Shown piece after piece: positions 38,396 through 50,789 of a stretch of 64,000 bases of DNA. The position numbers were made by a program, and so were the translations under genes. Every line of letters begins with the position of its first letter. Positions within the stretch are counted from its first letter, which is position 1. The notes below the pieces were generated by a model. The model did not search any database and was not told where the DNA came from. It saw nothing but the letters and a program-made list of their open reading frames with translations. This stretch comes from Narcine bancroftii (lineage: Eukaryota), in the NCBI RefSeq assembly GCF_036971445.1, contig NC_091475.1, forward strand, positions 13,888,001 to 13,952,000. The letters are read 5' to 3'.

Positions 38396-39255
38396 CCCGT
38401 GTAGCAGCTTTGAATGTTCTTCTGGAAGCGTCATTAGGACCAGTTAATTTTATGGATTTTATTAACCAAAGGTCTTGAGGGACATTGGGGGAAAAGCAGT
38501 TTTATGATGTCATGGAGAGGTCAGGATGGAGCACAAAAAGATTGGGCACATTGCTTGTAGATGCAAGGTTCTTCCTGCATCTTGCCCACAGTGGCTTGCT
38601 ATTCAGCATCAAGACTCATGGAAGGGTTGGGAGGGGGGGGTGCAGTGGGGGGGTGGGGGTATGCAAGATTCTGCCTGATGATTTGAATTTCTGTAATTCT
38701 GGGCAGAATTGTCATCGTTACCTTGGCAAGTTTGAACAGTCGGTGAAAAGAAACCAAATGCACCATCATAGATACCTCCAATAGATGGCACTGTCAGTCC
38801 ATAACATGCAGCACTGACCCACTGCCTGAATAACACGATGATCGGGGGAGATTGGTAAAGGTTTCATTTAAACCGGTCTGGAATCTGTTACATCAACAGG
38901 TAGAACAATCAGATCCAATTCCAGTTCTTGAAAGGGCATCAGATTTAAAAAATCAAAGATTTTGGAGTATCAATCACCACTCTTCCAGAGCATTCCAAAG
39001 CCAAATTCTGAAGATGTCACTGTTGTTCCATAGAACATCTGGCAGCTCCTTTGCTCATATCAAGCAATTTGTATAAACAGCAAAGTGATTATGATCTGAT
39101 CATCTGTTTTTTATGATGTAAGTGCAGGTATGTATATTGGTCAGGACACTGAGGGTAGCTTCCACAAGCAGTCAGATGCTATATTTAACATTTCACTTCA
39201 AAGGTGCCATCTCTGACAATGTCTCCACCCTATCAAGTATCAGCTTAGGTGTCTC

Positions 39256-39735
39256 AAGTCAAGGCAAGTTTATGGACATCTGACTGTACAAGTTCAACCT
39301 GACAAAACATTGTTCTCTGGTCCTCAATGCAAAACATGCAGACACACAATCAGACATAGCACACATACAAACAAACAGTACGTATGCGGGACAAGTATTC
39401 ATATGTACAAATAAAAAACTAAATATTGTTTCGGAAATATGAGAGTTTTGTACGGTCAGTGTGAGCAGTTCCTTTGGTCGTTCACCATTCTCACTGCCCG
39501 TTGGAAGAAGCTGTTCCTCAGCCTGGTGGTGCTGGCTCTGATCCTCCTGTATCTCTTTCCCGATGGGAGCAGCTGAAAGATGCTGTGTGTGGGGTGGTAG
39601 GGGTCCTCAATGATTTTGTGCACCCTCTTCTGACAACAATGGTCCCGTTGATGGGGGGGGGGGGGGTGGGTGGGGTGGGGAGGGAGACTCCAGTGATCTT
39701 CTCTGCCACTCTTACATTCCTGTGGATTTACCTAT
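39256..39735 (-). mobile_element. Rex1/Babar-like LINE 3' remnant
   Basis: Minus strand AEKITGVSLP...KIIEDPYHPTHSIFQLLPSGKRYRRIRASTTRLRNSFFQ and a (cttga)n tail. Confidence 0.7.
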
Positions 39736-41035
39736 GATCTGTTTCTCTGGATGTCTGCTCAAATCTCTAGAATGGGACTTGAATCTGGAATCTCTTGATT
39801 CATTGAGCTAAAAGGGAAAAAATCCAGACTTCTAGAGAAAGAAGAGGAAATGGGTTGGGTGGATTGACTTTTTTAAAGAAATGGTCGTCATGATGGGTGA
39901 GATGGCTCTTTCCAGTGTGGTACAGTGGCTCCATGAATTGAACTTCTCTGTGGTTGTGTTAATGCTGCTGGGCATGCTCCAAGTAATTGCGAGAAGAGGG
40001 ACAAGCACATTGAACAGTACAACACCATGTCATGCCTTTTGGCCCACGTATCTGCACTGAACATGCTGCCCGTTAAACTATAACCCTGCTGCTTCTACAT
40101 AATCTATGCCCCTCCAGAGGATGCACTGCAGCAACTCCCCAAGACTCCTTAGACAACACCTTCCAAACCCAGAACCTCCACCAGCCAGAAGGACAAAGCA
40201 TGGGAATATGACTATCAGGAAGCTACACACCATCCTGTTCCTTCACCTCTTCATCCTTACCCTAAAACTATGTCCTCTAGTTTTATCAATCACGGATATA
40301 GGGAGTAGCTTCTTGCTTTCTGTTCTATTTATACACTTCATTATTTTATACACTTATATCTCTCTAGAACCTCATCTTTCGTCATCACTGGAACTCTCTA
40401 TCACAATCTCCTCGCCATCCTGTCCAGCTCTATCACATTTTTCTTAAGGTATGGTGATCAGACTGCATAGCTGAGAAATGAGCAGCGTTCAATAAAATAT
40501 AACATTTTATTCTTGTATTCACTGCCTTGCCTAAGGAAGGCCAGTTTACCATAAGTCTTCATAACCATATTATCTATCTGTGCTGCCACCTTCAAGGGAA
40601 CTTCGAACTTGTATTCCAAGGTCTGGCTGTTCCTCAGATCCTGGTGTAGCCTAATTGGTGACGCCAAATCCTCACTTGCATTTATCTGGTATCTGCCATT
40701 TCTCAACTAATTCAGTCATATCAGTCAAAACAAAACAGGATATGCTCTTGATAAAGCCATGCTGGCTATCTCTGATTAGTTCCTTCCTTTCCAAGTCATC
40801 TTTCATCCCATCTTTTAGAAATATTTTCCAGCAGCTTCCCTACAGCCAATGTTTTCCCTGCTTCCTTTTTGAAAAGGGGGACAACATTTGCCATCCTCCA
40901 GTCCTCTAATATCTCAATTATGGCCAGCATTAATTGAAAAATCTCCAGAGCCCCGGAAATCACTACTCTTGCCTCCCTTGGCAGTCTCCAAGAAATCTCA
41001 TTTTCCCCTGAGGATTTATACATCGGTTAAATCTA

Positions 41036-43962
41036 AAGTAAAACGCAAAAGTCTGTAGATACCATGGTTGAAGTAAAAACACAACGCTGGAAATAATCAG
41101 CAGGTCAAACAGTGACCTTTGTAAAGGTTGGGTGCCAGGCCACATTTTTTCCATACCTTGATGAAGAGCTCAAGCCCGAAATGTTGGTTATGTGTCTTCG
41201 ATTCGCCGTGTTCTATAACAGGGGCGGGCAGCCTTTTACCATGCGTGGGCCGGATGGTGTGTCCATGGTTGAACAGCGGGCTGCACTGATGCTACCTTAA
41301 ATGAAACAAATACTGAAACACAGGTATGAGGTCATTTAACTTTTCAATCGTCTCAGCTTGAAATACGTAATGTACAATATATGAACATAACTGACAATTT
41401 ATCAAACAATCCACAGAAAATGTTCAAGCAATGAGATCAATCAGTGGGAAACTTGATTTTGTTTGTTGTTTGAAAATGTTTCGATATTGGATGACATAGT
41501 TGCAAATGCCCATAGCAAGACATCATCTAAATGGGCATTGGTCATATTTATTCTCAAGTTGCTCACATATGTATGTTCTGCCAAACAGTGATACCATCTT
41601 TTTTGCATGCTCCACCAAGTTTTTATAATTCCCATATGGAAGAAGATATTTTTTGTAGAAGTCAATCAAAGATACATCATCTGCATTAAATTTGGATTTC
41701 AACTGATCGCTGCGCTGCATCTCAATAAGTTCCATCTGAAAACTTTTCTGGTACGCTTTCCACGTCCACACCGAATGGAGTTGCAAAGAGCTTGAAGTCA
41801 CTTTCATGCAAACAAAACTCAGCAAAATGAGACATGGAGTCATGGAGAACAGTCACAAAACTATCCAGGTTAGTTGGAAACTGGGAAAATGCGCAAAATT
41901 CGATTTGTTTTCCCCACAATTGAATTTCTGTTTCAAAAGCCACAATGTGCGCATACATCTCATGTATGCGCATTTTTTTTCCCTTGAAATTGCAAGTTCA
42001 GGTTGTTCAGATGTTTTTTTTCCCTTGAAATTGCAAGTTCAGGTTGTTCAGATGTGATGTAACATCCACCAGAAATGCCAAAATCACAAAAATGGGAGGC
42101 ATCCTCATGCTTGCTTTCAAGGAATGTTACTCTTTCATCATGCAGGGCAAATGTTTTTCCAGCATTGCTCCACGGCTAAGCCAGCGAACATTGCAAAAGT
42201 AAGCAAGGTCACCATTTTCAGCATGTGCTTCCAATAAATTTTTTTTGGAGTTGACGATGATTCAAACCATGAGACAGAATCAGATTAACTGCCTTCACTA
42301 CAATGCCCATCACATTCTTTGACTTAAGAGAGTTTGCACTTGATGGATGATGCAATGAAGTTGTTTTTACATATTGTGAAATTCCAAGGTCATTCATGCG
42401 TCTTTGGAGCAAAGCAATGGTGTCTTTACTCTCTCCAACCATTGCTGGTGCTCTGTCAGTTGTTAAGCCCACTAGCTTTGACATGCCCAGCCATCATTTT
42501 CAAAAATGTCTGCTCCCATGACGGTGCCCTTTAAAGGGATCAATGTAACGAATTCTTCAACAATGTCAAAACTTGACCTTATACCTTGAATAAAGATGGA
42601 AAGTTGAGCAGTGTCTTTTTAATTTATGCTTTCATCAGGCGCGATGGAAAAAAATGACATTTTTGTAGTTGTCCTTTAAACGACCTCTGATATCTGCTGA
42701 CATTTCTTCGATTCGCTGCGTGACTGTTCTACGAGTGGCTAACAACTGAGAATAACGATTGTTCTTCCCCTCAGGACAAAGTCCACAACTGAGATCAAGT
42801 ATTCCTTCACAAAATCCCCATATCTAAAAGGCTTCTTTTCTCCTATCAGCTTTGATACTGCATAACCCACGTGTATTTCTTTTCATTTCAGCATTCTTCT
42901 TTGTGAAGAATAAACTTTGGTTTTCCAAGCTTTCGTTCAATCTCCAATCTTCATCTGCCCTACCTTGTCCATTCAATTCCCTGAATTTTGCACGTTTTGT
43001 TTCATAATGACGCTTCACGTTGAACTCCTTGTTCACGGCCACACTTCTATTGCAAATGAGGCAAACAGGTTTTTCAAAATGCTGCACAAGGAAGTAACTT
43101 TCAGTGTAAGTTTCTTGGGAATGTGGGCACTCAACATCTATCTTCCTGCGTTTTGTTGCCAAGCTGGGGTGAACAAAATAGAACTCATCAACAATCTAAT
43201 CCTTATTAATGAAATGGCCAAGAAAGAAATCTTTTGTAACTTTTGTTTAAAGGATTTAAAAATTATTTGAAGACGGAGAACCAAATAAAACTAAATAAAC
43301 TTGATTCATGTCATAGTGAAACTTATTAACATTGAATTGTATTACAAAAAAAAATATATAAATAAAAATAGCATTTAAAACTCTTTCTGGCACTGAGTGT
43401 AAATGAGAGGACGCACCTAGAATTTCACTTGGACGACGTCTTCAAAGGCGTATCGAGTGGAATGAAATATAAAGCAAAAGCAAATAAATAATTAACTACA
43501 TTTTTAAAATTGATATAAACTGAGGAAATAGAAACAAAAAAGCTGAAAACTCACCTTGGCTTAATTTCTAGTGCAACTGGTGTGAACCTTTCAAAAGAAC
43601 GAAGAGAAAAACTAGTACTATGCAACAATTCAAGTCCCGAATTTAACTTCTGGGCACAGCCATGACTATGTGATGCCTCGGGGCGACATCCATTAACTTT
43701 TTGGGTAATTGTTTTTTTTAATAGGTAACAATATTGTTGGTCCTTTTTGGTTCCAAATCTATTTTACAACATTTGACAAAATTTTTCCATTTTGCAATTT
43801 TTTTTCTTGTTGCATTATTTGTATCGGTGGGCCGGGTGTCCGTCAAACTTTTGCATTGGGTAGCGGGCTGGATCATTTTGGATCACAGGCCGTAGGTTGC
43901 CCACCCCTGCTCTATAAAGTGCAATGTTTGACCTGCTGAGTTTCTCCAGTATTGTTTTTACA
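41036..43962. mobile_element. Penelope-derived inverted insertion (41036-41218 plus 43910-43962) hosting the hAT transposon
   Basis: Outward-facing Penelope termini; perfect 11-bp TSD ggttaaatcta (41025-41035, 43963-43973). Confidence 0.8.
41219..43909 (-). mobile_element. Full-length (2691 bp) decayed hAT transposon, Buster/SPIN/Charlie group (GTF2IRD2-like transposase pseudogene at ~41440-43162)
   Basis: 16-bp TIRs CAGGGGYGGGCARCCT; 8-bp TSD ttctataa/ctctataa with central TA; fragments MATKRRKID..PVCLIC..KEFNVKRHYETK (BED finger), GLTTDRAPAMVG, HGLNHRQ, FCNVRWLSRG, SLFGRTYICEQ; many frameshifts. Confidence 0.93.
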
Positions 43963-44189
43963 GGTTAAATCTAGCAGTGTATCAGTATTTGCAATGTATC
44001 CAGGGAGAACATTGGGTTTTGCAGAGTATATCATGAATCAATTAGTATCTGCATTAGGTTCCAGGAGTGTGACAGTACTTGCACGGTGCTCCAAGAATGT
44101 TTTTTTGCTATCTGAAGTGTATATTAAAGGTATCAGAATATGCAAGGTACTCCGGGAATCCCAGTTGTGTGTCAGGATTTGATCACTTA

Positions 44190-44644
44190 GCCCGTTTACA
44201 CAGAGGATTCAAGCCAGGTACGTATTATCCGCCTTTTGAATGTCTCACTACCTGTGTATGATAGTACAGATCTATCACCAATGTATATAATGTATATAGT
44301 TACAGTATCTAGACAGTGCTTACAGCGATTGGCTGAGAGCTAAGCCACGCCTACTGTCAGGGCCTTAAAGGGTTGTTTCCCTAGCCAGGTCGGATCATTC
44401 CGGACTGGTCGGCCACCTGTGAAGAGCTCCTGTCTTTTGCTAATAAAAGCCTTGGTTTGGATCAACAAGTCTTTGATTCTTTCGACAAGCTCTACACTGT
44501 GTGAACACGTTGAAGGCGGATTGGGGAAATCTGAACTTACCCGGCATTTATCCACCAAGGTAGGTAGTGTCAGAGACAAAACAAGGGTGTACTACACGTC
44601 CCATCTCTTTTGCTTCAGGAAGCCGGCTTGCTGTGTAAAAGGAC
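44190..44644. mobile_element. PIF/Harbinger-like MITE carrying a solo LTR
   Basis: gcccgtttacacag ... ctgtgtaaaaggac TIRs, tta/tca flanks. Confidence 0.55.
44255..44496 (+). mobile_element. Solo LTR, ~240 bp
   Basis: TGTA...TACA termini, AATAAA at 44442-44447, ATTGG (reverse CCAAT) box, ctgtg duplicated at both junctions. Confidence 0.7.
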
Positions 44645-46330
44645 TCACCAATCTGAACAAACAAGCCAGCTTACAGAGACGGATCATGTATACGGCAATA
44701 AAGTGGCTTGTCAGTGTAAAATGAGTATCAGTTTCAGAATGGATCACCAATGGGACGTACAAAAAATATTTTCATGTTTTTGCATGAGTACATCATGATA
44801 TGGTACGGCACACCAATAGAGCATTGATATTTGCGGTCTTCCTGGAGTGAGCCGGTATTTGTAGAGTATTCTGAGTATTTTTTGGTATTCACCCCATATT
44901 CAAAAAAGTGGGGGTTTTTTTGCATACTATTTCAGGGAATACATCTGTATTTGCCTGGTATTCCAGTGCGTTCCAGGAATGTGTCAGTATTTCAGATTGC
45001 CTTGGTTAAAAAGGTAAAGGCTCCATTATTGTATTTACTCAGTATTCCAAATGCATGCATAGCCTTCCGGGAGTAAGTTAGTAACTGTAGGAAAATCAAG
45101 GGACGTAACTAGAGAACGGGATAAACACGGCAGCACTTGTGAAAAGATAATCAGCGTTCCTTCATCTGAACTGAGAAAGTGAGAGAACAATCTAATTATA
45201 GATGGATGGACATAAAGAATATATTTTGATAGGATTGTGTCAGGTGCCCATGTTAATATTAACAGGTTTTTTCTCTTCACAGACTCTGATCTGTTGCATA
45301 TCTCCAGCATTCTTTTCATTTCATGCTTCAGCAACAGTTTTAATACAAATCTTACATTTTACCCACCGTAACCATAATTATTAAATTATTAATCACTTGG
45401 CCAACACTAGCCTCATTCTATTAGAGATAGCCCTTTTGTTCTAGTCATCCACCCCCCCCCCCCCCCTTCCACTAACTTGTTTTTCCCTCGGAGTCTAACC
45501 AGAGGTGCTGTCTGTGCAAAGTTCACATGTTCTCCCGGTCACTGCAAGAGTTTCCCATGATGCTCTTGTTTCCTCCCACATCCCAAAGACATGCCAAATA
45601 TTAGGTTCATTGGCTGAAAATTGACCCGTTGAAAGGACTGGTGAGAGAACACATAAAAAAGGAAACTAAATGAGGGAATGGGATTGATGAAAATACTCTG
45701 AGAGCTGCAGACACTCACAGGGTCAAATCATCTCATTGGCAAAACATATGAAGATACTGCTTGACCTGCTAAGTGCTTCTCCCATTTCCTATTTTATTTC
45801 AGATTTCCAGCATCTGCCATTGTAGTATTTTTTATTCAGGCGCCAGAGTGAGATGTATATTTGGAGTGCATAAGTTTTTGTAGGGTTTATCAGGAGCTTA
45901 CCTGGATGTCACCACAAAAGATGAGATGCCAGCAATGATCTGAGACCTACTCAGTAAGGTTCCCTTTTAATTACATCCAGATGGCCTTGTGCAATGAAGT
46001 CTTCCTTCTGCGTGAATAATTCACTGTGCCCACGGTCCATGCATGCACAAGCATCACAAACATACCGGACAGACTTCTGTTACATGCTGTGGGATATCAC
46101 AGAGCAAGTCCAGGTGCTTGAGTATGGGAATGAATTAGACACATGGGAAAAAACACACATTTCACGATTCGTGGAGCATTTCCATGATTTCCTTGACTAA
46201 ATGTTTTCTTTGTAGGAATTCCAGTTGTATCAAACATGAAACTAATATGTGATAAAAATTTCCAATCCATTCCATGGGTCAGGATGCCCCAAAGACTCCA
46301 TCTTTGTTCCCCTGTTATACAAGAATAATG

Positions 46331-46528
46331 CAGTAAAATCCACATTATCTGGAATTCAAGCAACTGGCAAAAAAAATGGAAATAGGAAAAAAATATGGAA
46401 ATTTAAAATTGGTGCCCCCTCGCGGTCAGTTTGCCAATGCACACAACACCCAATCTCAAACAACCAGCAAATCCACCTATCCATCATCTACCAATCCCCA
46501 TAGGTACTGGATACTGGGAGTTTTACTG
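46331..46528. mobile_element. Tigger/pogo-like MITE
   Basis: cagtaaaatccacattatctgg ... ctggatactgggagttttactg imperfect TIRs. Confidence 0.55.
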
Positions 46529-48119
46529 TCATTGTACTTTCAGGAAAGGTGGTGAAAATATCCTGAGTCTGTTTGTGTTAATTGCCTACATCTGTTATTT
46601 AGGGGAGATTAATTCAGTTTCCACTTGCCTGCCTTTTTCTGCCATTTTTTTTCCCACATGCATATTCTCTTGCAGTTCCCCCCACTGGGCCCGTACACCC
46701 TGCAAATGTCAACATTCTCCTGGAACACCCACTCATTCCTTGGGCCTTCTGCTCAAAATAAACCAGATTAAAGTGCACCTCAGGCATCTGTTCACCCACA
46801 GCTGGGTAACACATTTCCCATCCATCATTAATACTTGTCCTTTCACCTTATCACCCACCATTGCTCTTAATCTATCCTGAAGGTCATTTAACCTGACTGT
46901 GGCACAAAATTAAATATTCTTGGGTTGACTTGATTTTCTGATGGTACCTTTAATTCATTCAGAGATTGGTTAGAATTTGCCAACACATGATGGAGGCAAG
47001 CAGCTGAGGAATTTAAAATGACATTGATTGGATTAGTTGGGTAACCTTGGAAGAGGCTATTCCGGAACATTAACAGTTGGTCCAAATGATTTGTTTCTTT
47101 ATTCCATAATGAAGGATAAATGGCAGGCAATTTGAATGCAATTTAATTTTTTTTTAAAGTGAGCATGTTTATTTTTGGAAGGGAACTTGTAAATGTTGCT
47201 TCCATAAATATGAGAAAAATGAATTGTAATAAGACACAGACTGTGTGACATTGCACATCTTGTTGCGCTGTGTAACTGTTTATTTAAAGCCAGGACACGC
47301 ACCCTCACATTTTTATCTTCACTGCAAAACAGATTTTGATTTGGAAACAGAGGCAGGCAAAGCCAACAGCACCTTTTCCAACTCAGTTTTTGTCAACGTC
47401 TGCAGCAGCTGTTTATAACCCCAGCTTTTGTCAAGGTGAAAAGAAATTCCAACGGAGACTCCTGTTCAATCTTCTTCAATGACCCTCCCGTTACCTTTTT
47501 TTTTAAAAACGTTTTCTCAACGTAAAGTCGCGAGAAGAGCTCCCAGACTGAATTCAAATTTCACTAGTTTAAAGATCAAAACATCAGCTCTACAAATATT
47601 ATTTCTCTAATCAGAGCAGCAGTTGTGTGCATGTTGTACTTGCAACTACAAAATAAGTTTATCCAAGTGATGAAAAAAGAAAAAATGAGGGTGCATTTAT
47701 ACTATTGTTACAATACAGACCCCCTGTTGTGATGCACAGGAGTCCATGCCTGATGCCTGACATGATCTCACTCTGTTTCAACCTGGGTCTCTATTCTGGA
47801 TGACATGGCCTAACTGTTGTAAAGAACCAATGACAATGTGGGTTGAAGCTTCACCCAGACAAGGGAATCTGCTGTTTTACAAGTATTGCAGATATTATTC
47901 ATTCAAAGTAAAGAATTTTGGCTCCGAAGACTCAGCCTGCAGAAATCCTTTCAACTAATCCCATTTCTTTTGATTCACAAAATAAAATTATATTTCTTTC
48001 TTTGGTACTGGTGGCTGGCTTCACAATTACTATTTACACTGCGGGTTTTGCCAATATTACAGAATGTGTATAGTCAATGTTCTCTTAAAATGAGAATTCT
48101 TCAAATATCTGCTTTTTGG

Positions 48120-49853
48120 CACAGTATCAATAAACTTACTTTTATTGAATAACAATTACATGATTGTCTTTTTAATTAATTACCTTTTGTAACAATGCCC
48201 CATCTTTGAAGATGACTAGATCCACCTATTAGATATCAACAGTTACCTACATATAGTTAGGATTTGCATTCCTTTCGTTGACCAATGCACCAACCAGTCT
48301 CCCATCCCTCCCACCCACCTTACATGACCACACAGAAAGATGTTGTCATAAGCTTGAGGTATAAGTAACAATGGGAAAACAAACTCTGAAATGAAAGCCA
48401 GGCTTATTTTAATACATATATAATTTGCAACCTATGTGCTAAGAGTTTCATATGTAAACATAAAGCATATTTCATTAAAAAGTTATAAATCAAGGCTGTA
48501 ACATTTAATCGCGCGTCATATTTTTTTTCCTTTTTCTTTTTTTTTAAAACCTGTTTTTGTCTTTTTTTTAATATTTTGCTGTCCATGGTTGGCCGAGGTC
48601 AACTCGTAGTGTCAGAAAACAAAGGAATATATAAATGCATAAGTTACATAATAAGTTTACAATATAAAATGCAAATAACCTTGATTTGAATACTTATTTC
48701 TTACAAACGCACAGCGTTCGCGACTCTTCACATCTGGCGACCGCCTAGGTTTAAAAAAAATGCATTGAAATCTCCTCAGGTTTGACAGTGGGCTCCTCCC
48801 CGCCCAAATGTGCAGGTATAAAAATGTTAAAACCGCAAGTTTTGGGTCGAGATCAGTTTTACATCAGGCACATTCACAAAATTCCATTTTTTTTTCTCAA
48901 AATGTTATAATTCCAGACAATCCCAGTTTTCCAATTCTTAGAGATGTTTTGTTTTAAATTTCATTGTATCATGAAGTATTTTGGCTCCATGTTCCTGTTT
49001 TGCTTTCTCCTTCTAATAATGATCATGAAAATTTTCTTTGGAGAACTTTTTTTTATATATCCAATTGATATTGTCTTGTTTCTGCATGCCCATTTGCAAA
49101 AGAGAACACACACTAGTTCATTCCTTTCTACCCAACATTTTCCTATTCCATCACCTTTGCCTAATTACCAATCCATCACGTAGCCTTCTGCACATACTCA
49201 AATCCAAATGCTTGGCTCAAACCATGCAAAGTAAGAAATCATTGTACCAAATCATTGCAGTATTGTCCAACAGTCTCCCAAGGTTTGGAGATATCTTCCA
49301 CAATTTTGTTTTTAATATATTTAGAATGATAAATCCTGTTAACAAATAAATTCCAGAAGGTATAAATACTTCATTCCAGAGAGCAAGAGTTTAACTACTG
49401 AAGAACATCCAAGATGTTACATTTCAAGTCTCTCGTTGGTAGATCCTACATTTATGTAATTTTAACTTTTGTTTCCTCTTACTGTATGTTGATGTTAGGT
49501 TCTTAAATTCCATAATCTCAATATTGCATTCCATGCAGCACTCAACCTTTTCCTGATTGCCATCAGCAACAAGTTATTTGATCCTTAATTATTTATTTTT
49601 CCATTTCAAAACACCGTTCTTTCAGTAACTCAACTCAAGTCTTCCATGGCCATGAATCACGTTATTTCCAATTTGTCAACACACAGTCTTAGCTCTTCCA
49701 GTATTCGAGACTTATCCCAGCTTCAGTATTTATGTATAGTTTGAGTCTAAACTTTGATTTTATTTCTCCAATTTTAAAAGTCTGTAGTTAGTAAAACAGT
49801 GTTGCATTCCCAGAGCAGTAACCCAAGTCTTAGTCGAAAATTCTGAGCTTTGT
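48120..49853 (-). other. ERG: ERG 3'UTR (candidate poly(A) signal AATAAA at 48146-48141; possible distal signal at 47284-47279)
   Basis: Repeat-free AT-rich stretch directly after the ERG stop codon; its 3' end is inferred from the hexamer only. Confidence 0.6.
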
Positions 49854-50374
49854 TCAATAGTAAGTGCCAAGATGAGGTTGCATATGGCTGGCAGGATGTC
49901 TGGCGTTTGGGTAAATGCTGCCAGTCGGAGAATTCCAGTATGGGCCTGGAGCTGCAAAGAAACTAGATGACGTCACAGGTAGAGCTGGAGGATGAGGTGC
50001 CACAAAATTCATCTTTGGCTGATGTGCATGATAGGAGCTCATGTAAGAGATATCTGTTGGGTACTTGTACACAGAAGACTCAGGGGGATGGGGCTGCAAG
50101 GCCTGTGCAATCCCATGGAAGTCAAACTTGTAGGCATAGCGTTTGCCATGGACTTTGGTCATGATGTTCTTGTCATAGTAATAACGTAAGGCCCTGCTCA
50201 GCTTGTCATAGTTCATGTTGGGCTTGCTCTTCCTCTCTCCCCAACGTCTCGCTACTTCATCTGGATCAGTCATCTTGAACTCTCCATTGGTCCCTTCCCA
50301 AGTGATGCAGTTGGCATTGGAGCTGTCCGACAGAAGCTCCAGCAAGAATTGCCACAGCTGAATCTGACCACTCC
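49854..50374 (-). CDS. ERG: ETS transcription factor ERG, last coding exon (ETS domain and C-terminal activation region)
   Basis: [19 protein letters not shown]...[17 protein letters not shown]...[23 protein letters not shown]...HLGTYY*; acceptor tttcag at 50380-50375. Confidence 0.97.
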
Positions 50375-50689
50375 CTGAAATAAAGAATGGTAATTTCAAT
50401 CCCTCAGGCTTTCCAATTTAATTTGGAGAGAGAGAAGAGTTTCAAGACTTATAAAGCAGGACAGCACAGAAACTGGGAAAGGTAAATGAAAAGGTAAAGT
50501 ACGTGTAGAATCCTTGATAGCAGGAGAAAGGTTGATAGAGATGTGAATCTTTAGAGTATTAGCAATAGAAATAAGTAGACATGATGGTAAAAAAAATTAT
50601 AATTGTAATTTGAGGAAGGAGAATGAGAGAAGGAGAATTAATCGGGAACTGCATTAAATTTTATTCTTACAATGCTACTTTCAGCATAC

Positions 50690-50737
50690 CTGGGTTTGCG
50701 AGTCGACTGCTGGTTGGCCCAAGAATCTGATAAGGAT
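50690..50737 (-). CDS. ERG: ERG internal exon, 48 bp (DPYQILGPTSSRLANPG)
   Basis: cag|AT CCT TAT CAG ATT CTT...AAC CCA G|gtatg; peptide matches ERG/FLI1; absent from the ORF track. Confidence 0.95.
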
Positions 50738-50789
50738 CTGCTAAAATCGGAATAAATGTTTAGAAGGTGATCGGATTCAGAATGCACTT

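Larger units (their letters stand above)
43977..45000. repeat. Degenerate ~30-bp minisatellite (approx. gtgtcagtatttgcanngtactccaggaat), interrupted by a MITE and an LTR
   Basis: 30-nt periodicity at 43981, 44011, 44041, 44071 and 44132, resuming at ~44820-44995. Confidence 0.55.

Noticed and set aside
41440-43162. Domesticated transposase gene (GTF2IRD2/ZBED-like)
   Set aside because: Multiple frameshifts and stops, with TIRs and TSD retained, indicate a dead transposon.
50375-50399. MKLPFFIS start of the 181-aa ETS ORF as a single-exon gene
   Set aside because: This is intron sequence; upstream ERG exons splice in at 50374.
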